From Anaeramoeba ignava BMAN (lineage: Eukaryota; Protista; Anaeramoebae), in NCBI GenBank assembly GCA_028826165.1, contig JAPDFW010000134.1, forward strand, positions 62,001-126,000: DNA of 64,000 nucleotides, written 5' to 3'. Numbering within the stretch: the first letter of the stretch is position 1; every line of letters begins with the position of its first letter. Below the pieces are notes generated by a model. The model ran no database searches and had not been told where the DNA came from. It worked only from the letters and a program-made list of their open reading frames with translations. Positions 27,255-37,905 of this stretch are shown piece after piece. Position numbers and translations under genes: made by a program.

Positions 27255-29705
27255 AAATCAAAATCAAATTTAACATTTAATTTATAAATTAATTTAAAAT
27301 TATAACTTAATGTTTAATTTTATTATTAAAATAATAATTTATTGTTTTAGATTTAAATATTTTATTATTTCAATATTTAACAAAAATATAAAAATTGAGA
27401 ATAGATTTAATTTAATATTTAATTTATAAATTAATTTAAAAATATAATTTAATATTTAATTTTATGTTTAAAATAATAATTTACTGTTTTAGAGATTTAA
27501 ATATTTTTATTATTTCAATATTTAACAAATAAATATAAAAATGAGAATAGATTTAATTTAATATTTAATTTATAAATTAATTTAGAAATATAATTTAATA
27601 TTTAATTTTATTATTAAAATAATAATTTATTGTTTTAAATTTAAATATTTTATTATTTCAATATTTAACATATAAATATAAAAATTGAGAATAGATTTAA
27701 TTTAATATTTAATTAATAAATTAATTTAAAAATATAATTTAATATTTAATTTTATTATTAAAAATAATAATTTAATGTTTTAGAATTAAATATTTTATTA
27801 TTTAAATATTTAACAAATAAATATAAAAAATGGGAATAGATTTAATTTAATATTTAATTAATAAATTAATTTAAAAATATAATTTAATATTTAATTTTAT
27901 TATTAAAATTATAATTTATTGTTTTTAGATTTAAATATTTTATTATTTCAATATTAAACATATAAATATCAAAATTGAGAATAGATTTAATTTAATATTT
28001 AATTTATAAATTAATTTAGAAATATAATTTAATATTTAGTTTTATGTTTAAAATAATAATTTAATGTTTTTAGATTTAAAATATTTTATTATTTAAATAT
28101 TAAAACATATAAATATAAAAATTGAAAATAGATTTAATTTAATATTTGATTTATAAATTAATTTAGAAATATAATTTAATATTTAATTTTATGTTTAAAA
28201 TAATAATTTAATGTTTTAAATTTAAATATTTTATTATTTAAATATTTAACAAATAAATATAAAAATAAGAATAGATTTAATTTAATATTTAATTTATAAA
28301 TTAATTTAAAAATATAATTTAATATTTAATTTTATGTTTAAAATAATAATTTACTGTTTTATATTTAAATATTTTATTATTTCAATATTTAACATATAAA
28401 TATAAAAATTGAAAATAAGTTTAATTTAATATTTAATTTATAAATTAATTTAAAAATATAATTTAATATTTAATTTTATTATTAAAATAATAATTTAATG
28501 TTTTAGATTTAAATATTTTATTATTTCAATATTTAACATATAAATATAAAAATAAGAATAGATTTAATTTAATATTTAATTTATAAATCAATTTAAAAAT
28601 ATAATTTAATATTTAATTTTATTATTAAAATAATAATTTAATGTTTTTAGAATTAAATATTTTATTATTTAAATATTTAACATATAAATATAAAAATTGA
28701 AAATAAGTTTAATTTAATATTTAATTTATAAATTAATTTAAAAATATAATTTAATATTTAATTTTATTATTAAAATAATAATTTACTGTTTTAGATTTAA
28801 ATATTTTTATTATTTCAATATTTAACATAAAAATAAAAATTGAAAATAGATTTAATTTAATATTTAATTTATAAATTAATTTAAAAATATAATTTAATAT
28901 TTAATTTTATTATTAAAATAATAATTTAATGTTTTAAATTTAAATATTTTTATTATTTAAATATTAAACAAAAAATATAAAAATAAGAATAGATTTAATT
29001 TAATATTTAATTTATAAATTAATTTAAAATTATAATTTAATATTTAATTTTATGTTTAAAATAATAATTTACTGTTTTAAATTTAAATATTTTATTATTT
29101 AAATATTTAACATAAAAATATAAAAATAAGAATAGATTTAATTTAATATTTAATTTATAAATTAATTTAGAAATATGATTTAATATTTAATTTTATTATT
29201 AAAATAATAATTTAATGTTTTTAGATTTAAATATTTTATTATTTCAATATTTAACATATAAATATAAAAATAAAAATAGATTTGATTTAATATTTAATTT
29301 ATAAATTAATTTAAAAATATAATTTAATATTTAATTTTATGTTTAAAATAATAATTTAATGTTTTAGATTTAATTATTTTATTATTTAAATATTTAACAT
29401 AAAATATAAAAATAAGAATAGATTTAATTTAATATTTAATTTATAAATTAATTTAAAAATATAATTTAATATTTAATTTTATGTTTAAAATAATAATTTA
29501 CTGTTTTAGATTTAAATATTTTATTATTTAAATATTTAACAAATAAATATAAAAATAAGAATAGATTTAATTTAATATTTAATTTATAAATTAATTTAAA
29601 AATATAATTTAATATTTAATTTTATGTTTAAAATAATAATTTACTGTTTTAGATTTAAATATTTTATTATTTCAATATTTAACATATAAATATAAAAATT
29701 GAAAA
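27255..29705. repeat. Satellite array A: ~17 tandem copies of a ~144-bp AT-rich unit
   Basis: The marker AATAG/AATAAG recurs at about 27400, 27546, 27690, 27835, 27980, 28127, 28270, 28413, 28557, 28702, 28845, 28988, 29131, 29275, 29417, 29560 and 29703; mean period ~144 bp. Confidence 0.92.
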
Positions 29706-29920
29706 TAGAAATTAATAATAATTAAATTTAAATTCTTTATTTTCACATAAATTAGAAAAGAAATCAATTAAAATTTATTATTAAAAATTATTCATTTCTT
29801 TTTTTATTTTAATTAAAATATTTTATTAATTTTATTTAATTATTGGGAATTATTTTATATTATTTTAAATAAAGAAAAGTTAATAAAATATATTTTTATA
29901 TAATTTTTTATTATTAATGA
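29703..29920 (+). repeat. ~215-bp spacer following array A, duplicated at 34562-34778
   Basis: AATAGAAATTAATAATAATTAAATTTAAATTCTTTATTTTCACATAAATTAGAAAAGAAATCAA...TTATTGGGAAT... is near-identical at both sites. Confidence 0.88.
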
Positions 29921-29970
29921 TTTAATATTATTTATTTCAAAAAAGAAAAAAAGAAATAAAAATTTTTTTT

Positions 29971-30018
29971 TAATTTTTTCATTTTTTCATTTTTTTTATT
30001 TTTAAATTTTTAAATAAA
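29971..30018 (+). promoter_or_regulatory. Example of the recurrent T-rich TCATTTT initiator-like leader upstream of start codons
   Basis: The same motif lies within ~80 bp upstream of ATG at 8746, 10997, 18351, 21617, 35290, 51353, 56286 and 58194. On the minus strand it precedes 27168, 40233, 45678, 47763, 50997, 61831 and 63792. Confidence 0.55.
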
Positions 30019-31491
30019 ATGGAAACTTATTTAAATTTAGAAAAACTTTCAAATGATTTAAAAAATTTATTTCAAAATCAAAATCAAAAAGAAAATCAAA
30101 ATGAAAGTTATTTTGATTTTGAAATAATTTGTGAACAAAATCAAACTTCATTTAAAACTCATAAATCAATTCTTTCTTCAAGAAGTCAATATTTTAAATC
30201 TCTTTTTAAATCTAAAATGAAAGAATATCAAGAAAATAAAATGATTCTAAAAGATGTTTCAAGTTCAGTTTTATTTTCAATTTTGAATTATTTTTATTCA
30301 GGAAAAATTGAAATTAATTTAGAAAATGCAATTCAAATTTTAATTTTTTCATCAAAATATTTAATTGATGAATTAATTGAAATTTGTTTAAATTTTATCA
30401 AAAACAATTTACAATTTGAAACTATTGTTGATATTCTTAAACTATCTGAATCAATGAACTTAAATCAATTATTGGATTTTTCTTATCAATTTATTTTTGA
30501 AAATTTTAAAGAATTTATCAAAACTTCATTTTTTCTTGAACTTGAAGAAAATCATTTAAATTCAATATTATCAAATGATGAAATTCTAATAAATGAATTT
30601 GAGCTTTTCCAATCAATAATAAAATGGGGAAAACATAAATTAAATATTAATCAAGAAAAAGAAAATCAAAAACTTGAAAAAGAAGAAAAAGAAAAAATTC
30701 AAGATCAAATTTCCAATATTATTGATAAAATCAGATTTATTGATTTTTCAAAACAAGAACTTAAAGATACTTTGAAAGAAGATTTAATTCCAAATCAAAT
30801 TTCACAAAAATTAATTCATTTCCAAAAACTTCAAAATGAAAATGATAATAAAGAACTAAATGAATTTATTGAAAAAGAAAATTCATTAATTTTCAATTCA
30901 AATTTTCAATTCAAATCAAACATTATTTCAGAAAAAAAACATGTTAAGAAATTAAAAAAATGGATAAATGATGATGAATTCTTTTCTAAAATGAAATTAG
31001 GATTTTCAGCAACAAGAGATGGATTTAAAGCTAAAAAATGGCATTCAATTTGTGATAATAAAGGAAAAACATTAGTTATTATCAAAACAAAAGATAATTT
31101 TATTTTTGGAGGATTTACTCAAGTTGGATTTACAACTAATAAATCAAAATGGAGTAGAAAAGATCGAAAACATAAAGATGGATATATTCGAGATATAAAT
31201 GCATTTATTTTTTCATTAAGAAATGATAAACATAATAGAAAACCAGAGAAATTTACAATTAAAAAAGTACAAGCAGAAAATGCAATTTGGTATGATTTAA
31301 ACTGTGGACCAATTTTTGGAAGTGGAAATGATTTTTTTCTACAAAATAATTTACATTTTGGTTATTCAAATTTTGGTCATAGTTACAAACTACCTAATGG
31401 AATTAAAGAAGGAACAAATGAAGCTAAAAGTTATTTAGCTGGTTCTTATGATAAATGGAAAGTTGATGAACTTGAAACTTTTTTCATTTAA
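30019..31491 (+). CDS. BTB-BACK-TLDc domain protein, intronless
   Basis: BTB FKTHKSILSSRSQYFKSLF; BACK NEFELFQSIIKWG; TLDc FSATRDGF..WHSICDNKGKTLVIIKT..IFGGFT..GPIFG..YLAGS..WKVDELETF. Confidence 0.92.
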   Translation: METYLNLEKLSNDLKNLFQNQNQKENQNESYFDFEIICEQNQTSFKTHKSILSSRSQYFKSLFKSKMKEYQENKMILKDVSSSVLFSILNYFYSGKIEINLENAIQILIFSSKYLIDELIEICLNFIKNNLQFETIVDILKLSESMNLNQLLDFSYQFIFENFKEFIKTSFFLELEENHLNSILSNDEILINEFELFQSIIKWGKHKLNINQEKENQKLEKEEKEKIQDQISNIIDKIRFIDFSKQELKDTLKEDLIPNQISQKLIHFQKLQNENDNKELNEFIEKENSLIFNSNFQFKSNIISEKKHVKKLKKWINDDEFFSKMKLGFSATRDGFKAKKWHSICDNKGKTLVIIKTKDNFIFGGFTQVGFTTNKSKWSRKDRKHKDGYIRDINAFIFSLRNDKHNRKPEKFTIKKVQAENAIWYDLNCGPIFGSGNDFFLQNNLHFGYSNFGHSYKLPNGIKEGTNEAKSYLAGSYDKWKVDELETFFI

Positions 31492-31589
31492 ACTTTCTCA
31501 ATAAAATTTAAAATTCGATTTTGTTTTTGATTTTGATTTTGATTAATTTTTTTTTGATTTTTTGGATTTGGAAAAAAAAGAAGAAAATT

Positions 31590-33771
31590 TTAAAAATGAA
31601 GGTGTTTGTTAACAATGCAAAATGCTCCAACCAAAAAGATAAATCCTAAAACAAGAAACAATACCGAAATCGTAACTATACTTTTTGAAGTAGAATTATC
31701 AGTTGTTAATGATCCAGATTGTGAAGACGATAAACTACTTTCTCCACAACTAAGATAACTATTACAAGCAGAAACTTGAACGAAATAATCTTCATCATCA
31801 TATTGTGTATTAAAAGAAGTAGATGTTCCATTCACAAAAAATGTGCCTGAATCCATTCCTGAACTTGATTGAAAACTAATTGAGTAAAAAAATGGATTAT
31901 TAACACAATTAATTGGAATGAGCCAACTACATGAAATTGATAAAGGATGACTTGAACATTGTAGTAAATAAACTGGTCCAAATATTGTATCTATTGTTGT
32001 TGAAAATAATGCTCCCATATCATCTCCTAAGCATGCTAATGTTCTACAAGCATAAATTGCAAAATAATAAGTTGTTCCACAATCTAATGAAGACATTTCA
32101 AATGAAGTTGTTGTGTTATTAACTGATATATATGTAATACTTAATCCATCTTCTTGATAATAAGTAATCAAATAATGATCAAGTTCTGGAACTTCTCCAT
32201 CCATTGTAACATTTGGTGGATTCCAAGTAACATTGATTGATTCATTTGTTGGAGCAAAAGTTAAATTTTGAACAACAGGAATTTTCGTTATTAAATCAGT
32301 TTGTAAAGATGGAGCTCCACATAATTTTGAATTAGGTTCACAAGCTTGAATTATTATTGAATAATTTGCATTTCCAGTTATATTTGGATAAGATGAATTG
32401 AATATTTGATAAGAAATATTTCCTGGAAACCGAGTTGGTTCTTCCATAATTTGCCATCCAATTCCATAGTCTATTCGATGCTCAAGTGGAAATGGATAAT
32501 CGGTTTCATTCCAATAACATTCAAATGAAGAATAAAGTGAAGTACAATTTATTAAATCAATTGCTGGTGGAATCATTGCATAAACAAATGCTTGATTTGA
32601 GAATGTAACTCCCCAAACTCCAATAATCCCATAAATTGATACACTTACATATTCAGCTGTTTGAGTGATATCATAATAAAATCTTCTATTCCATTGATCT
32701 GAATAATATTGGAAAAAATACAAGTCTGTTAACTTTGATCCAACAGCAATAAAATCACCTGAAACTGAAACGGATAAACCAAAATAAATTTCTGCTCTTA
32801 ATCCGGAATTTTGAATTTTGATTTTGAATTTGATCTTGATTTTGATTTTGATTTTGATTTTGATTTTGATTTTGATTTTGATTTTGATTTTGATTTTGAT
32901 TTTGATTTTGATTTTGATTTTGATTTTGATTTTGATTTTGATTTTGATTTTGATTTTCTAATTCTTCTCTTAAATAACTGTTAAAACTAAGTACTTCCTC
33001 CAAAGTCCAATTTCCTTCAGAATACCGATAAACAAACGCAGCATCAAACTCAACTTCTCCAATAAGAACAACATCTCCTGAAGCTGCAACATCATTCCCC
33101 AAATATCCATAAGGATAATCAGAAAAATTTTGTTCAAGAAACCAATTAGATCCATTATATCTGTAAATAAATGCTTGTGAAGAATCGTTTGCTCCAATAA
33201 CAATAACATCTCCTGAAACTGCAACAGCATTTCCATATCCATTTAAACTTTCTGAAAAATTTTCTTCAAGATTCCAATATGATCCATTATATCTGTAAAT
33301 AAATGCTTGATTTGAACCATAAGCTCCGATAACAATAACCTCTTCATCAACTGAAACCGTAAATCCATATCCATTCAAACCTTCTGAAAAATTCTCTTCA
33401 AGATTCCAATATGATCCATTATATCTGTAAACGAATACTTCTTGTGATTCATTTGAACCAACAACAATAACATTTCCTGAAATTGATGAACTAAATCCAA
33501 ATTTCGCACTTGGTTCACTTAATACTTGTTCTAAAACAAAAGTTGATCCATTGCATCTGTAGATAAAAACTTGCATTGTAAATGAATCTCCAACTATAAT
33601 TACATCTTTGAAAACTGAAGAACTTCTTCCATAATCTTGAGTTGATGGTTCTGTAAGTATATCTAATTGTGTAAAAGTTCCTGGAATAGTTTCTAATAAT
33701 TTTGTTGATACTTTTCCAATTTGTGTTGTTAAAATTATTAAAAGGATTAAAAAGAAACAAGTTTTGTTCAT
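31590..33771 (-). CDS. Type I surface protein: signal peptide, FG-GAP-like beta-propeller repeats, FN3 domains, TM helix; split at a (CAAAAT)n tract by a frameshift or an intron
   Basis: ORFs 33771-32755 and 32723-31590 form one gene: the repeat FG.SV.VSGDVIVIGA...AFIYRYNGS.W.LE continues in the other frame as EIYFGLSVSVSGDFIAVG. FN3 motifs INVTWNPP..YLITY..L.CGTTYYFAIYAC. C-terminal hydrophobic helix. Confidence 0.8.
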
Positions 33772-33949
33772 TTTTTTTTTGCTTTCTTTTAAAACAAAGA
33801 AGAAACAAAAAACAAAATTTTAAATTAGTTTTTGATTTGTTTTGGATTAGTTTTGGATTTGTTTTGGATTTGTTTAAAATTACAAATTAAAGTTGAAGAA
33901 ACAAAAAGAAAAAAAAGGAGAAAAAAAATGAGAAAAAAATGATCTTGTC

Positions 33950-34028
33950 AATTTTTTCATTTTTTCCATTTTTTTTCTTTTTAAATTTTTTAAATAAAAT
34001 GGAAACTTATTTAAATTTAAAAAATTAA
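33950..34028 (+). pseudogene. Truncated 5' remnant (leader plus METYLNLKN*) of a BTB-TLDc paralogue
   Basis: About 70 bp match 29971-30039 (TTTTAAATAAAATGGAAACTTATTTAAATTTA); the sequence then runs into satellite A'. Confidence 0.75.
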
Positions 34029-34029
34029 A

Positions 34030-34565
34030 ATCAAATTAAAATCAAATTTAATATTTAATTTATAAATTAATTTAAAAATATAATTTAATATTTAATTTTA
34101 TTATTAAAATAATAATTTATTGTTTTAGATTTAAATTGAAAATAAGTTAAATTTAATATTTAATTTATAAATTAATTTAAAAATATAATTTAATATTTAA
34201 TTTTATTATTAAAATAATAATTTATTGTTTTAGATTTAAATATTTTATTATTTAAATATTTAACATAAAAATATAAAAATTGAAAATAAGTTAAATTTAA
34301 TATTTAATTTATAAATTAATTTAAAAATATAATTTAATATTTATTTTTATTATTAAAAAATAATAATTTATTGTTTTAGATTTAAATATTTTATTATTTA
34401 AATATATAAAAATTGAAAATAAGTTAAATTTAATATTTAATTTATAAATTAATTTAAAAATATAATTTAATATTTAATTTTATTATTAAAATAATAATTT
34501 AATGTTTTAGAATTAAATATTTTATTATTTTAAATATTAAACATAAAAATATAAAAATTGAAAAT
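34030..34565. repeat. Satellite array A': ~4 copies of the same ~144-bp unit, two internally deleted
   Basis: Same unit as 27255-29705, with markers at 34141, 34285, 34418 and 34562. Same 5' boundary AAAATCAAATTTAA. Confidence 0.88.
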
Positions 34566-34694
34566 AGAAATTAATAATAATTAAATTTAAATTCTTTATT
34601 TTCACATAAATTAGAAAAGAAATCAAATAAAATTTATTATTAAAAATTATTCATTTCTTTTTTATTTTAATTAAAATATTTTATTAATTTTATT

Positions 34695-35242
34695 TAATTA
34701 TTGGGAATAATTTTATATTATTTTAAATAAATAAAAAGTTAATAAAATATATTTTTATATAATTTTTATTATTAATTATTTAATAATATTAATTTAAATT
34801 TTGAAATAAAATAATTAAAAAATTTTATTAAATTTATTTAAATTTTGGGAATAATTTTATATTATTTTAAATAAATAAAAGTTAATAAAATACATTTTTA
34901 TATAATTTTTATTATTAATTATTTAATAATATTAATTTAAATTTTGAAATAAAATAATTAAAAATTTTATTAAATTTATTAAATTATTGGGAATAATTTT
35001 ATATTATTTTAAATAAATAAAAGTTAATAAAATACATTTTTATATAATTTTTTATTATTAATTATTTAATAATATTAATTTAAATTTTGAAATAAAATAA
35101 TTAAAAAATTTTATTAAATTTATTTAAATTATTGGGAATAATTTTATATTATTTTAAATAAATAAAAGTTAATAAAATATATTTTTAAATAATTTTTTAT
35201 TATTAATTATTTAATAATATTAATTTAAATTTTGAAATAAAA
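34695..35242. repeat. Satellite array B: ~4 copies of a different ~143-bp unit derived from the spacer end
   Basis: TTGGGAATAATTTTATATT at 34701, 34845, 34987 and 35132 (periods 144, 142, 145). Confidence 0.88.
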
Positions 35243-35289
35243 ATTTTTTTCATTTTTTAATTTTTTCATTTTTTTCTTTTCAAATAAAA

Positions 35290-37783
35290 ATGAAACAAAC
35301 ATTAAAAACAATTTACAAACCAATAACGAAAATGGAACCAATATATATGGGAGGGAAACTTCTACTTTCCCACGATCAAAACCAACTAATAAGTTCATGT
35401 GGAGAAACAGTAACAATAACAACAATTAAAAGCAGTAAAGTGGAAAAAATAATTTTAGACGATGCCGTGATGAGTATCGCACTGCGACCCGACGACAAGG
35501 AAATTATAACAGCCAATCGACACAACATCCTTGAACGATGGGAGTTGCGTGAGCCAGACTTGGAGAAGAAGGAGGGGAAAAAGAACTGGATAAGCAAGGG
35601 GAAGTGGAAAGGACACGATTCGCCCATCTTGGACATCACATTTGATCCAAGTGGGAGACTATTGGCCTCAGGCTCGGCAGACCAAACAGTGAGGGTGTGG
35701 CATGTAGAGAAACAAATTGCGACCCACAATTTGCGTGGTCATCAGAATTTTGTCAGTAAAGTGATGTTTCATCCCGATCCAAATTCTTTGATACTTTTTT
35801 CGGCTTCGGAAGATTCTAGCTTTAAAATTTGGGATTTGAGAAAGAAAAAATGCATCAAAACCTTCAGCAATCATGTCAACACAGTATCCAATTTTTCCGT
35901 TTCAAATGATTTCAAATTTCTTTATGTTTCCGGTCGAGATAAAATTGTTACAAAAGTTAATCTTCAATCCCTTGAAGTTGTCAAAATTATCCCAATTTTT
36001 GAATCAATTGAAGCCGTTATTTCACTTCCAAATGAAAAATTCATCACTGCTGGCGATAAAGGAAAACTTTCTGTTTGGGATTCAACTAAATCAAAGAAAA
36101 TCAAAGAGCAAAAAATTAGTCAAATTACTCAACAAAATGAAAATGATCCACTTGTTTTGAATGAATATAACAGTTTTGTTTATGCTTTTCTTCGCGACAA
36201 ATTCAATCAAATTGTCGCCGTTACAAATTCGCAGAATATTTTGTTTTTTGATTTGGATTCTTTTGATTTTGAAATGGAAATTGTTGGATTTATTGATGAA
36301 ATTTTGGATGTTAAATATATAAATGAAAATGAATCGGCAGTTGTTTCAAATTCAGAACAAGTGAAGATTTTTGATATCCACAGCAATCATTGTGTTTCAA
36401 CATTATATGGACATACAGATATTGTTTTATCGATGGATATAAGTTATGATAAGAAGAAATTAATTACTGGATCGAAAGATAAAACGATCCGAATTTGGGA
36501 TTTATCAATAAATTCAAATGAAAATATAAATGAAAATATAAATCAAAATCTAAATCAAAATTTAAATCAAAATTCAAATCAAAATCAAAATCAAAATCAA
36601 AATCAAAATCTATCAAAATTCTTTCCAAAAGCCCCGAAATGTTTGGGCACTTGTTCTGGTCATACAGAACCAGTTACTACAGTTGCATTCCCAAATAACT
36701 CAAATTCATTTGCAATAAGTGGAGGAAATGATAAAACAATAAAAATATGGGATTTGGAAAAAATGGAATCCAAAAAAACAATACAAGCACACAAAAAGGA
36801 AATCAACAGCATTGCAATATCACCAAATGATAAACTATTTGCAACATGTTCGCAAGATCGAACAATAAAAATATGGGATTTGGAAAAAATGGAATTAATT
36901 GGAATTTTAGAAGGTCACAGAAGAGGAATTTGGTCCATTGCATTTTCGCCAGTGGACAAAGTAATTGCATCATGTTCTGCAGACGGAACAATCAAGATAT
37001 GGTCGTTGAATAACTTTATGTGTTTGAAAACCTTTGAAGGACATTCTAATTCGGTAACTCGAGTGCGATTTTTAACTCATGGAATGCAAATTCTATCGAC
37101 AAGTTCAGACGGTTTGATCAAAATTTGGTCGATAAAAACCAATGAATGCATTTCCACTTTTGCTGCCATTAATGAAAAGACATGGTGTCTTGATATGAAC
37201 CATGATGAAGAGGAGTTTATTAGTGGCGGTTCAGATTCTTTTTTGATTGTCTGGAAAAATTACACTTTGATTGAAGAAGAAGAAAAACTTAAAAATCAAG
37301 AAATTCAAATCATGAAAGAACAGCAACTTAACAACTTGATGCATCTGCAAAATTATGAGCAAGCCCTTGATATTGCTCTTGATTTGAATTTCCGTTATAA
37401 AGCTCTTGATATTTTTAATCAATTGATTCAATATCAAAATTCTTTATCGAAAGTTGTTTCAAAATTTGATGAAAAAAAACTTGTTCAAGTTCTTAATCTT
37501 GTTGTTGATTGGAATACTAATACAAAAACTGCTTTGATTTCTCAAATAATTTTGAAGGAAATCTTTTAGTTCTTTTTCTCCTGATCATCTTCTTCATTTG
37601 TCTGGAATTAAGGAGATTTTAAAAGCTTTAATTCCTTATTCTGAAAGACATTTTCAAAGAATGGATAAATTACATAGAGAATCTTTTATTATTGATCATA
37701 CTTTATATAGTGTTAAATTAACTAATTTGAAGATTGATGAAGAAAAAACAAATTTATCAATAAATTCAGATCAAGAAATTTAA
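35290..37783 (+). CDS. TBL3: Transducin beta-like 3 / U3 snoRNA-associated protein 13 (WD40 + Utp13 domain), with a +1 frameshift near 37564-37567
   Basis: N-terminal EPIYMGG, WD40 repeats, GHRRGIWS, Utp13 domain DWNTNTK. Removing one T in ATCTTTTAGT gives IFSSFSPDHLL.. in frame with ALIPYSERHFQRMDKL. Confidence 0.9.
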
Positions 37784-37905
37784 TTTAGAAATTTAATTTA
37801 GAAATTTAATTTGAAATTTTTCATTTTTAAATCAAAAATATAAAAATCTCTTTTTTTTATAGAAAAAAAAGAAAAAAAAAATAACACAATTTTTCTCTTT
37901 CATTT

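Noticed and set aside
27255-29705. CRISPR-like array
   Set aside because: The units are near-identical along their whole length, with no unique spacers and no cas genes, in a eukaryotic context.
27255-29705. Coding 48-aa repeat protein (144 = 48 x 3)
   Set aside because: Unit lengths vary from 142 to 147 bp, and the ORF track reports no ORF in the array.
27250-35245. Autonomous LTR retrotransposon or DNA transposon
   Set aside because: There is no RT, integrase, transposase or Rep/helicase ORF, and I could not identify TG..CA ends, terminal inverted repeats or a target-site duplication.
37567-37569. Stop-codon reassignment (TAG read-through) in UTP13
   Set aside because: Read-through meets TGA five codons later, and the conserved sequence continues in a different frame. 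Other genes read normally with the standard code.
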